A stretch of DNA of 64,000 nt from Antedon mediterranea (Eukaryota; Animalia; Echinodermata), in the NCBI RefSeq assembly GCF_964355755.1, contig NC_092673.1, positions 9,486,001-9,550,000 of the forward strand, written 5' to 3'. The position numbers were made by a program, and so were the translations under genes. Shown here in pieces: positions 27,901-39,641 of this stretch; the stretch's first letter is position 1, and every line of letters starts with the position of its first letter. Below the pieces are notes generated by a model. That model was not told the origin of the DNA. It did not search any database and saw only the letters and a list, made by a program, of their open reading frames with translations.

Positions 27901-30900
27901 ACAAGGGTTATCCGCCAAGTGCGGATAACTAATTGTGCGGATAACTAATTATCCGCCAAGTGCGGATAACTAACTAGAATTTAATTCGTCACTTTGACGA
28001 ATTATAGGTGATCATTTTATCATTTTAATAAAATTAACATTTTTTAAACATGCATGTACGTTAACATACGATCGTTAAAAGTTGATGTACGCCATCCTAT
28101 GACATGATGCATATACACTTATAGTGCTGAGTTCTACCTATTATATGTCCTACAATATGTACAGTATATACTGTATATCTATATACAGTGAAGCATAGGT
28201 GAAATTACGGGACTCATATCGTGTTCTAATTTTTTGGTATGATGGAATTTTCAAAATAAACTCGAAGATGACAATTTCAAAAGATAATGAATTGAGCAAA
28301 TAAATTTGACACGTAGAAGCGCAATGCGCGGTCTTTGAAATTTGTAAAACTTTGACTAAAGAAATTTACAAACTACTTTTTCACTTCATCTGGCCATATG
28401 TTAACGTCACAACATCCGATAGGCTTGGTTTTTATATGAATTCATATCTACATTTCATCAGCTTTCATAATAAATTATAATCATCAAGGTAACCTTCAAT
28501 TCTGAAGAGCTGTAAGATATTCAAATTTACGGCGAAGGTGAAATTACACGACCTACGTTATTCAAGTTTTTACGCGTGATGACGTCATCAAAATGAAAAC
28601 ACTGACAACTTATGAGAAAGATAAATAATTAAGCAAGCACACACTGAAATTTGTGCGAAAATCGGACTCAAATAGCAGAGATGCGCTCTATTGAATGTGA
28701 TAACCTACACAAAACGGAAAAAAATCCTAATTTTTAAATTCAAGTGGCCATTTGATGACGTAATACCATTTTGTACGTCTAATGTTTATATACATTTATA
28801 TCTACAACTTATTGGCTTCCATATTAAGTTAAAAAAATTGGGGGTAACCTGCCATTCTGAAGAGTTATATTCATTTTAAAAAGTCCTTATTTTTTACCAT
28901 TTTTAGCACTTTTGTACAATTAGTGTGCGCATTTTGTAATTTTTAACGTGCTCGTATAGCGTTATTTTAAGTCGGAATGGACTCAAAATTGGTGAATGTA
29001 CTAATGATTGTGAGTAGAATGTGATTTATACATCAAATTTTATTTTTTATACATTTTAAGAATCGTGCGCACAAAAACGCATTTTTGCGCAGTAATTTTT
29101 TTGAAACGCGCAAATGGCCTAATTCATGCTCAAAACTTTATTTTGAGCTTTTTAAATTTTTATCTCACAATTTCACGCGCATGACCTTGAAACGCCCGAG
29201 TTTTTATTTGCTAATATTTTTTACCTTGACCTGAAGTTTACGTGTAGTGAATTTCATTAATATGTGAAAATGAATTATGGAGATATGACTGATAATGTGA
29301 TTTCACAAAATGGCGTATAAATGACGTCATGGATGAGTGATCACGCTGAAAAGCTTATTATGACTAAGTATTTGAAAGACACTGTGAATTTTTTGTGATC
29401 ATTGCCATTCAACTTTTTGAGATAATTGTTACACAAAAAGTGTACAGAAAGAATAAAAAACTAGATTTGAACTCGTCACTTCGGACGAGTTAGGTTATCC
29501 GCAGCGCAAAGGCCACGTGCACGTCATACGTTAGAATATTGCGCGCAGAAAAACGATTATGCCATTGAAAAAATGTTAGTGCGCTCTCTATTTTGCGTCA
29601 CGTCAAAGTATATACGGTATACACTATATTCTGTATACGTACTACATACAGTGCAGAATAGGTGAAAATAAGGGACCCAAGTTATTGACGCTTTTGGACA
29701 TGATGACGTCATCACAATTTAAAAAATGGTAGATTATGCGAAAGATAATTGATTGGCCTAGACAATATAACAAAATGGGGAGAAATGGAATACGGATAAG
29801 TGGAGATGCGCGCTATTAAATGTGATGAGCTATGCGAAAGAGACAAAAATCCTATATTTTATATTCGAGTGGCCATACGTTGACGTCACAATGTCCGGTT
29901 AGCCATATCGATGCATGATTTGATATCTACAACTCATCTTCTTCCAGAAACTGAAATTTTCAAAATTTTCACCACGGAGTTTAGAATCTATGACTTTTTT
30001 AAAAAAGGCATAATTTTCACGAATTTTTTAACTTTTTCATCAAAAACGCGCGCAAATTGTTCAATTCTACGTGCTCGTATGACGTGATTTTAAGTCGAAA
30101 TTGATTAAAAACTGGTAAATTTACTAGAAAAGGCTGGAAAAACAAAAATCAAGGAAAAAAATAGATGTTTTTGCGCTACGTGCGCACGCGCGCGTAAGAA
30201 AAGTGCGCACGCGTGGGAATTTTTGAAATGCTCAAAATGACATGAAACGCGTAGAAAATTGATTAGAAATTGATTTTTTCGCATTTTGAAATTTTAAACG
30301 CGCGTGCGCGCGTAACTTTCTTTAAAACATGCCATTTTCTCTCCATAGAAAGTTAGCGCATGATATAAATTAAACTTTTGCCAAGTTTCAATTTAAATGG
30401 TTTAATAGTTTTCGATCTAAATTAAATACGCAAAATTCATAAAATTGCGCGTAACTTACGCTGCGCAACTCGGACGGTACCAAAAACCTTATTACGACAT
30501 ATTCAGATAGAGATCAATCTTCTGATAAAGTTACAAAATGTTATGTTGAGAAGATTTAGAGATATACGCGCAACAAAATTCTGGGAAAGAAAGAAGAACT
30601 AGACATGAAACTCGTCACTTTGACGAGTTAGTTATCCGCTCGACAAACGCCACGTGCACGTCATACGTTGGAATGTTGCACACAGAAAAAGATTATGGCA
30701 TTATGACCTGAACTGAAGAATATGATATGTTGTTAGTGCTAAATTCTGTCTATTTTGTGTCATATAGTATATACATTTTAAAGTACACAGTATAATCTGT
30801 ATACACCTAATTTAAATTTTTAGGCATGATGATGTCATAAAAATTAAATATTTTTAACACATGCAAAAGATAGTTGATTGACCTAGACAATATTAAATTT

Positions 30901-33900
30901 TTTCATTAAAAACACGTACAAAGTGTACAATTCGACGTGCTCGTATGACGTAATTTTAAGTCTAAATTATTTTAAAAGTTGATAAAATTACTATAAAAGG
31001 CTGAAAAAACATAATTCACGCAAAAAAGATGTTTTTAGCGCTACGTGCGGACCACGCGCGTAAGATTGTTCGCGCGCGTGGGAATTTTTGACATGCTCAA
31101 AATGTCATGATCAGCGTAGAAAGTTGATTAGAAATTAATTTTGCACATTTTAAATTTTAAATGCGCGTGCGCGCGTAACTTCGTGTAAAACATGCCATTT
31201 TTAGTGCACAAAAAGTTAGCGCAAGATATAAATTAAACTTTTGCTAAGTTTCAATTTAAATTGTTATATGGTTTTCAATCTATGTTAAATACGCGAAATT
31301 CATCAAATCGCGCGTAAGTCACGTTGCGCATTTCTGAGGTCATTCACAATAGGAGGTGCACAACTTCACGTGAATGCCCATATGTTGACAAAGTTATGAA
31401 ATGTTATATTTACACGTTTTTGAGATACGCGAGACACAAAAATGGAGGAGAAATGCGCGTGTGCACGTAACTTCTTGTAAAACATGCCATTTTTAATCCA
31501 TAGAAAGTTTGCCCTTGATATGACTTAAATATTCATAAAGTGTCAAAACAAATTTATGCTTGGTTTTTAGTCTATGATCAATAATAAAAAATCATAAAAT
31601 CGCACGTAAGTCACGTTGCGCAACTCTGACGTCATTCAAAAATAGGAGGTGCACAACTTCACGTAATTGCCCATATGTTGACAAAGTTATGAAATGTTAT
31701 GTTTACAAGTTTTTGAGATACGTGAGGCACAAAAATGGAGGAGAAAGAAATAAGAAAAAAAAAAAAAAAAACTAGACATAAAACTCGTCACTTTGACGAG
31801 TTAGTTATCCGCACAACAAACGCCACATGCACGTCATACGTTAGAACTTTGCACACAAAATAAGATTAGGGCATTATGACCTGATCTGAAGAATACAATA
31901 TGTTGTTAGTGTTGAATTCTGTCAATTTTGTGTCATATAGTATATACAGTATAAACAGTATAATCTGTATACATATCACATACAGTGTAGAATAGGTGAA
32001 ATTACGGGACCCGCTATTTATTCCAATTTTTAACATGTTGGCGGTTTCAAAATGAAACGCTAGGGTAGCAATTTCGGAAGGAAATTATCTCAGCAACAAC
32101 GTATTAACGTGTAGAAGAAATTTGAATACGTGAAATATTGATGCGCGCTCTTTTAAATGTAAAGAATTATGACGCAAAAGATGAAAATACGACTTTGTTC
32201 ATTTAACTGGCCATATGATGACGTCACAACATCCGATTGGCAAAATTTTTACATGATTTCGTATCTACAATCCAATAGCTTCCAGAAAACGTTTTAATCG
32301 TGATTATCACATTTTATTCTTACGAGCTATAACAGATTAAAATTTACTGTAAAGATGAAATTAATGCCACACGTAATTTAAATTTTTAGGCATGATGACG
32401 TAAAAAAAATTAAAATATTTTTAACTCATGCGAAAGATAGTTGATTGACCTAGACAATATCAAAATCGGGGTGAAAATGGAAAAGGGATAAGTGGAGATG
32501 CGCTCTATTAAATGTTATGATCTATTACGAAAGACAAAAAAATCTTAAATTTTATATTCGCGTGGCCATACGATGACGTCACAATATCCGGTTAGCCATA
32601 TTAATACATTATTCGATATCTAAAACTCATCAACTTCCGGAAAATGTCATCCACAAAAAGTTGACCGTGCAGTTTAGAAATTAGGACTGTTTAAAAAAAG
32701 GCATAATTTTGACGAATTTTTGAACTTTTTCATCAAAAACGAGCGCAAATTGTTCAGTTCGACGTGCTCGTATGACATGATTTTAAGTCAAAATGGTTTA
32801 AAAGTTGGTAAAACTACTAAAAAAGGCTAGAAAAACATAAATCAAGCGAAGAAAATATGTTTTTAACGCTACATGCGCACCGCGCACGTAAAAATTTGCG
32901 GGCGCTTGGGAATTTTTGACATGCTCAAAATGTCAAGATCAGCGTAGAAAGTTGATTAGAAATTAATTTTGCGTATTTTGAAATTTTAAATGCGCGTGCG
33001 CGCGTAACTTCTTGTAAAACACGCCATTTTTAGTTAACTAAAAGTTTGTCCTTGATATGACTCAAATTTTCATGAAGGGTAAAAAAAAATTACGCTTGGT
33101 TTTTAAGCTATGATCAATCATTAAAAATCATAAAATCGCGCGCAAGTCACGTTGCGCAACTCTGACGTCATTCAAAATAGGAGATGCACAACTTCACGTA
33201 AATGCCCACATGTTCTCAAAGTTATAAAATGTTACGTTTACACATTTTAGAGAAACGTGACTCACAAAAAAATGGGAAAGAAAGAAGAATAATACAGAAA
33301 AAGAAAAATATTGATCCAATACAATCACAAGGAGTTATCCGCTACTAAGCGGATAACTAAAAAGTAACAGGACGATTACAAGAAGTTATCCGCTACTAAG
33401 CGGATAACTAATAAAGAAAAAAAAAAAAAAGATCCAGGACGATTACAAGGAGTTATCCGCTACTAAGCGGATAACTAATAAGATAGAAAAAAAAAAAAAA
33501 AAAAAAAAAAGATCGTGACAATAACAAGGGGTTATCCGCCAAGTGCGGATAACCAAAAAGAAAAAAAAATATGATGAAACAGGATGATTACAAGGAGTTA
33601 TCCGCTACTAAGCGGATAACTAATAAGAAAGAAAAAAAAAAAAAAAAAAAAGATCCTGACAATAACAAGGGGTTATCCGCCAAGTGCGGATAACCAAAAA
33701 AAACTAACTAGATTTGAACTCGTCACTTTGACGAGTTCGGGTTATCCGCGCAAACGCAACATGCACATACTTTAAACTATATGAACTTCGACAATTGTTA
33801 TGCCATCATATGACATGAATTAAGTATGTTTACAGTGTTGAATTGTACCTATTTTGTAGCATACAGCATATTACAGTATTTACAGAATACATTGTATGTT

Positions 33901-34280
33901 ATATACAGTGTAGCATAGACGAAATTACGAGACCCATATTTTAAATCCAATTATTAACACGATGACGTCATCAAATTGACATATAAAGATATTTTATAGT
34001 AAGATAATTATCTAAATAATTACATTAATACAAATTTGAGGAATTTTGGACACGTAAAAGAGAGATGCGCTCTCGTTTGAACTTTTACGCAAGAGATTAA
34101 AATATGACCTTTTGAATTCAACTGCCCATATAATGACGTCACAACATATGATTGGCAAAATATTCACATGAATTTGTATCTACAATCCAATAGCTTTCAG
34201 AAAATGTTTTAATCATGATTATCACTTTTTATTTTGACGAGCTATAACAGATTGAAACTTACTGTAAAGATGAAAAAAGG
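24942..34280 (-). mobile_element. Nested stack of at least 7 non-autonomous Helentron/Helitron2 (HINE/DINE-1-like) elements
   Basis: Seven 3' ends (subTIR, CGTCA-AAG-TGACG hairpin, CTAG) at 24942, 26739, 27974, 29461, 30599, 31772 and 33708. Palindromic 5' ends at ~27905 and six stacked in 33333-33695. No TSDs. Confidence 0.85.
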
Positions 34281-35156
34281 TTTTTATTCTAAATTGTTTG
34301 TGCTTTATTTTATCTATAACTGCACAAACAAGTTTCTTGCAAATGCGGAATTTAATTGTTCTCCGACTTGATCCGATTTACTATAACAAATAAATAATGA
34401 TTACAAAATAATATATACTGTATCTATCCCATAACAAAAAGTCTTAGTAGTTATAGCTCTATAGCGGTTAGCCTTATAGTCTATCCGGCTTAGTAGATAT
34501 AGAGCTGTCGCCTATTTATCACCTACTAGTAGATAGATATTTGATAGATTTTTTATAGTCGTTAGTAGATTTTTGCCTCATTAGCATATTTCGCGATGAT
34601 ATTAGTAGGCGACACCTACTAAATACAACTATTATTAGACTACCAATAATCTATCTAGAATGGATTCTTAATTGGCTATTATTTGGCTTTTAAAAATCTA
34701 CATTAATTTGCTATTTATGGGCTATTAAAAATCTACTAATTAAATGACTATTATTGGGCTATTAAAAATCTGTATAAATTGGCTATTATTTGGCAATTAA
34801 AAATCTACATAAAATGGCTATAATTTGTCTACTTAAAATCTACATTATTTGGCTATTAATATACTATTAAAAATCTACTAAATAATTGGCTATTATTCAG
34901 CTACTAAAAATCTACATTATTTGCCTATTATTGGGCTATTAAAAATCTACATAAAAATGGCTATTATTTGTCTACTAAAAATCTACATTATTTTGCTATT
35001 ATTGGGCTATTAAAAATCTACTTAAAAATGGCTATTATTTGTCTACTAAAAATCTACATTATTTGGCTATTATTGGGCTATTAAAAATCTACATAAAAAT
35101 GGCTATTATTTGTCTACTAAAAATCTACATTATTTGGCTATTATTTGTCTACTAAA

Positions 35157-38100
35157 TGTGACGTTGTTAAACGTATATATTGCAATTATTAGTTGCAAGA
35201 AATAAAATGACAGACGACTGTAATGAGATCAATGAGAGAGAGTAACTTTATTCAAAGCCTGCTGGGAACTCCTGACTGTGACGTCATACACACATATATT
35301 TGATATAGATAGATATGTGACATCTCCCTTTTTCTTAAACATTAACAACAACAATAATCGTAATCAAAATATCAAACTGTTAATGAAACAATTAAACTAT
35401 GATGATGTAAACATTTGGGTATAATAAAACATGGATATCTGGCAGAGAAATTATGAACAATGAGTCTTTTAATTAGTATTTGTCCATTATGAAGTCATCG
35501 AAACGTTTGGGTACACGTCTATTTCGCTTTGGTCTGGTGATGACTACCTCTTCCTTTTGAGGATCAGGTGTCCTCGGCGGAGTTTCGATAGGAGTTTCAT
35601 CCACTTCCCCTTCAACATTAATATCTTCTTCATGTGATTGATTTAATTGTCGGCGATTGCGTCTGTACACTTGTCCGTTTTGCGTAGCGACCATATATGA
35701 TCTCGGGGTAACATGTTCAGATAACACTTTCGCGGGGACCCATTCTCGGCCTTTGTTGAGACGGACTATCTCGTTTCCTTTCAGTGATTGTAGCGTTCGC
35801 GTTCCACGATTGTAATATTCCGCCTGTTTGTCTTGTCTAACGATCAACGAATTATGTGCGTCTGGAATCAGTGTAGGCTTAAGTTGCTCGCGTGCGATAG
35901 GAATTCGTGTTCTAAGCCTTCTGTTCATCAGCAACTGTGCTGGAGATTTGCCGATACCTCCCAATGGCGCATCTCGATAAGCGAGTAAAGCTAAATGAAA
36001 GTCTCCGTGAAAGTCATCAGCGGCTTTCCTTAACAATTGCTTGACTGTCTGTATGCACCGTTCAGCTTGACCATTGCTTTGTGCATAGGTGGGGCTCGAT
36101 GTGATTAGTTCTATCCCCCATGATTTAGCGAACTCTTTCATTTCAAAACTTGCGAAAGGCATGTTGTCGCTTACAAATGTTGCTGGAATGCCATGTCTCG
36201 CGAAAATCATTTTTAGCCTGCCGATTACTTCTTTGGCAGTTTTGTTGCGTAGCGTGACGACTTCGGGATATTTTGAATAATAATCTACAACTACTAAGTG
36301 GTCATTTCCTCCAAAGTTGAAAATGTCTGCCCCAACTTTATAAAAGGGTATTTCAGGTATTTCGTGAGGTATCATTGGTTCACGTTGATTTTTCCTTTTG
36401 TACTTCGCACATGTCGTACATCTTGATACCATGTCATGAATAGCATTGGTGATACCGGGCCAGTACAACAACTCTCTGGCTCTGGCCTTGGATTTCTCTA
36501 TTCCTAAATGACCATCATGAATGCGGTTAAGCATGAATTCTCGCTTGCTTTCTGGTACTATCAATTTCTGCCCAATAAACATTAGTCCCTCGTGTTCATA
36601 AATTTCGTCACGCATCGGCCAAAATTGTCTTATCTTTACGCTGACTGACTGACGTCGCTCAGGCCAGCCAATATGGCACTGTTTCGATAGTTCCTTTAGT
36701 GTCTCGTCCTCGTTAGTCGCTTGTTGTATGTTCGTTATTCTAGCTTTACTCATACTCAACAGCTCATGTACGGCATGTATACGATATTGTAGAATTTCAG
36801 GATCATTTGTGACAGTTTCCATCGGAACCGCTCTGCTCAGTGCGTCTGCGATATACATTTCACGACCTGGAACATATGTGACATTTATATCATATTTTAA
36901 TAGTCGTAGCATCATCTGCTGTAGTCTGGGACTCGCCTTGTGAATTGGTTTCTTTGTAATTGACTCAAGAGGTTTGTGATCAGACTGGATCGTAACTGAA
37001 CGTCCGTAGACATAGTTGTTAAACCTTTCAAGTAAAAAACAAATAGCTAGCATTTCTTTTTCTATCTGAGAATAGTTCATTTCGGCTGACGTTAGTGATC
37101 GCGAACTATAGCGTATCGGGTGACCATCTTGCATTAAAACACTTCCTAGTCCAAAAGATGATGCGTCACATTGGATTACTACTTCTTTATTCGGATCAAA
37201 GTACTTAAGTACTGGCTCTGAGCTTAACAAACTCTGCAAATGTTTTAGCGATTGGTCGTGGCGTTCTTCCCAAGACCATGCTACTTCCTTCTTTAATAAC
37301 TCTCTTATAGGAGCGCTGATGGTAGACATATTCGGAATAAATGGCGACAGATAGTTGATCATTCCCATTAAACGTCTCAGGTCAGACTTACAAGAAGGTG
37401 TAGGCATATCATAAATTGCTTTTACTTTAGAATTATCAGGCTTAACACCATCTCTACTAATTATGTGACCTAAGTATGTCAACTCATGTTCTTTAAGCTT
37501 AATCTTATTTCTATTAAATTTTACATTTTCATCTTTAGCACGCTCCATGACTTTGGCTATCACATTATCATGATGCTTTTCATCGTCATCGGTAGCAATT
37601 ATCATGTCATCAGAAATTACAAATACATTATCAATACCTCCAAATATTTGTTCGTTTCTCTTTTGAACAACCTCACTGGCACTACATAAACCAAAGGGTA
37701 ATCTGTTAAATGAATACCTCCCAAATGGTGTGTTGAAGGTGCACAACTCAGTGCTGTGCTCCGTTAATGGTATTTGCCAGTATGCATCTTTCATATCTAT
37801 GTGCGTGAACAATTTACGCCCTGACAATTTACTTATTACATCCTCTGTTGTAGGAATCATGTGATGCTCTCTTTTAATTTCCCTGTTCAAATCTTTAGGG
37901 TCGAGGCATAGCCTCAGAGAACCGTCCTTCTTTTCTACAACTACTAAACTACTCACCCAGTCAGTGGGCTGATTAGTGCGTGAGATTACGCCTTGGCGTT
38001 CCATCTCGTCCAATTTGTTTCTTAATTTATCATGTAAACTTATTGGTACTCTCCGGGGTGGATGCACGACCGGTACGGCGCCCTCTTTAATCTTAATGTT

Positions 38101-39641
38101 GTATGGTTCGCCCATGCAACCCAGGCCCTCAAAATTCTTTGAGTATTTACTCATTAAATTATCCATTTTGATTGAATCTACATTGCGGTTAATGATGCCT
38201 AATGCTGTGCTCGAACTTAGTCCAAGAATAGGTGGACTATCTACCTCAGTAATGAAAAATTCATGAGCACTTGTTTGCATGCCATCGTTCCGTGAAATCT
38301 TCAAACTCACCACACCACAGTGTGGGATTACAGTGTTACTGTAACTATACAACTTGGCTTTACTCTCATTGACTTTCGTCTTAATATCTAATTTCTTAAA
38401 TAAGCTCTTAGGAATGCAGTTTACATTCGCTCCTGTATCTACCTTGACATTGATTAAATGTGTGTTGTTAACCTTTATCTTATACAACCACATGTCATTA
38501 GTGTTTCTCCCAACACTATCAATATAAAAACTACCAAATGTTAAAGACATATCGTCTTCTTCTACAAGGTATTTACTATCAGATGTACATTCATTAGCAT
38601 TGATACTGTCAATTTTCTTATTAAACTTAGATGGATTAAAATTATAATTACGCTTACCACTACTACCAACACCATTCTGTCTGCCTGGACACAATGTCGA
38701 TCTACTGAAGTGTCCCAAGCGATTACATTTTCTACAGCGTTCGTTCCAGGCTGGGCATTGCCTTGGTGGATGTTTACGCATACAATTCGCGTGAACTTCG
38801 CGTTCGCTATGGTTACGTGTACGCGCCTTGTCGCTGCCCGCGTGTGTGTGGCTTTTCTTTACTTCATTTACACTAGCTTTATCAGACATTATCAGTGTCA
38901 ATTCTCGCTTAGAACTCTCATAATTACGCATACGTTTGACTACAGTCTCTAAAGATGCGTTACCATCATCTCCCATAACCTTAAGTTTCATTGTTGCGTC
39001 TGAGATCCCGAAAAATAATTTATCTCTTAAAATTGCGTTTACGTCCTGAAATTTGCAGTCGTCGGCCATTGTTCTCAAATCGTTCATGTGTTCATCTAAA
39101 CCTTGCCCTTCTGGTCGTGGATACGACCAAAATTTGGCTCGCATGGCCATGACTGGATCTCTCTTTTTACAGTAGTTCTCAAACTTGGTTAATACATTGT
39201 CATAATTATCTTTTGACTCACCCTCAACATATGTAAAATTGTTGAAAATTTCAAGCCCTCGTTTTTTGAGCACCGTGAGCAGGATCGCTATTTTCGTTTT
39301 ATCGCCCTTGCCGTTTGAATCGGTGGCTGTCATGAATAAATCGAAGCGCTGCTTCCATTGTTTCCACTGCGTGGAAATGCTTGGCCCGTCAAAATCAAAA
39401 CTTTCAGGGGTCTTAAACCTGAATGATTCCATTGCAAATTATTTTATACAATAAAATGCACCACTTCTGACACCATGTGACGTTGTTAAACGTATATATT
39501 GCAATTATTAGTTGCAAGAAATAAAATGACAGACGACTGTAATGAGATCAATGAGAGAGAGTAACTTTATTCAAAGCCTGCTGGGAACTCCTGACTGTGA
39601 CGTCATACACACATATATTTGATATAGATAGATATGTGACA
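35157..39641 (-). mobile_element. Full-length Ty3/Gypsy LTR retrotransposon, Mag clade
   Basis: 166-bp LTRs at 35157-35322 and 39476-39641 (TG..CA) with no visible differences. TSD CTAAA. PBS TGGTGTCAGAAGTGG (tRNA-Leu) and PPT AAGAAAAAGGGAGA. Confidence 0.97.
35473..39432 (-). CDS. Gag-Pol polyprotein, 1319 aa (Gag, zinc knuckles, protease, RT, RNase H, integrase)
   Basis: Uninterrupted ORF with VDTGA protease, RLCLDPKDLN/LPFGL/ISDD RT, CDASSFGLG RNase H, and HHCC plus D,D35E integrase. Confidence 0.96.
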   Translation of the reverse strand: MESFRFKTPESFDFDGPSISTQWKQWKQRFDLFMTATDSNGKGDKTKIAILLTVLKKRGLEIFNNFTYVEGESKDNYDNVLTKFENYCKKRDPVMAMRAKFWSYPRPEGQGLDEHMNDLRTMADDCKFQDVNAILRDKLFFGISDATMKLKVMGDDGNASLETVVKRMRNYESSKRELTLIMSDKASVNEVKKSHTHAGSDKARTRNHSEREVHANCMRKHPPRQCPAWNERCRKCNRLGHFSRSTLCPGRQNGVGSSGKRNYNFNPSKFNKKIDSINANECTSDSKYLVEEDDMSLTFGSFYIDSVGRNTNDMWLYKIKVNNTHLINVKVDTGANVNCIPKSLFKKLDIKTKVNESKAKLYSYSNTVIPHCGVVSLKISRNDGMQTSAHEFFITEVDSPPILGLSSSTALGIINRNVDSIKMDNLMSKYSKNFEGLGCMGEPYNIKIKEGAVPVVHPPRRVPISLHDKLRNKLDEMERQGVISRTNQPTDWVSSLVVVEKKDGSLRLCLDPKDLNREIKREHHMIPTTEDVISKLSGRKLFTHIDMKDAYWQIPLTEHSTELCTFNTPFGRYSFNRLPFGLCSASEVVQKRNEQIFGGIDNVFVISDDMIIATDDDEKHHDNVIAKVMERAKDENVKFNRNKIKLKEHELTYLGHIISRDGVKPDNSKVKAIYDMPTPSCKSDLRRLMGMINYLSPFIPNMSTISAPIRELLKKEVAWSWEERHDQSLKHLQSLLSSEPVLKYFDPNKEVVIQCDASSFGLGSVLMQDGHPIRYSSRSLTSAEMNYSQIEKEMLAICFLLERFNNYVYGRSVTIQSDHKPLESITKKPIHKASPRLQQMMLRLLKYDINVTYVPGREMYIADALSRAVPMETVTNDPEILQYRIHAVHELLSMSKARITNIQQATNEDETLKELSKQCHIGWPERRQSVSVKIRQFWPMRDEIYEHEGLMFIGQKLIVPESKREFMLNRIHDGHLGIEKSKARARELLYWPGITNAIHDMVSRCTTCAKYKRKNQREPMIPHEIPEIPFYKVGADIFNFGGNDHLVVVDYYSKYPEVVTLRNKTAKEVIGRLKMIFARHGIPATFVSDNMPFASFEMKEFAKSWGIELITSSPTYAQSNGQAERCIQTVKQLLRKAADDFHGDFHLALLAYRDAPLGGIGKSPAQLLMNRRLRTRIPIAREQLKPTLIPDAHNSLIVRQDKQAEYYNRGTRTLQSLKGNEIVRLNKGREWVPAKVLSEHVTPRSYMVATQNGQVYRRNRRQLNQSHEEDINVEGEVDETPIETPPRTPDPQKEEVVITRPKRNRRVPKRFDDFIMDKY

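Noticed and set aside
33328-33700. CRISPR-like array of palindromic repeats with spacers
   Set aside because: Spacers are poly-A and related to each other, the repeats are Helentron termini, there are no cas genes, and the context is a eukaryotic intron.
1807-39454. Numerous short ORFs antisense to LINE or Gypsy coding regions (e.g. 1807-2295, 12149-12451, 37976-38266)
   Set aside because: They are shadows of the real RT ORFs with no independent motifs.
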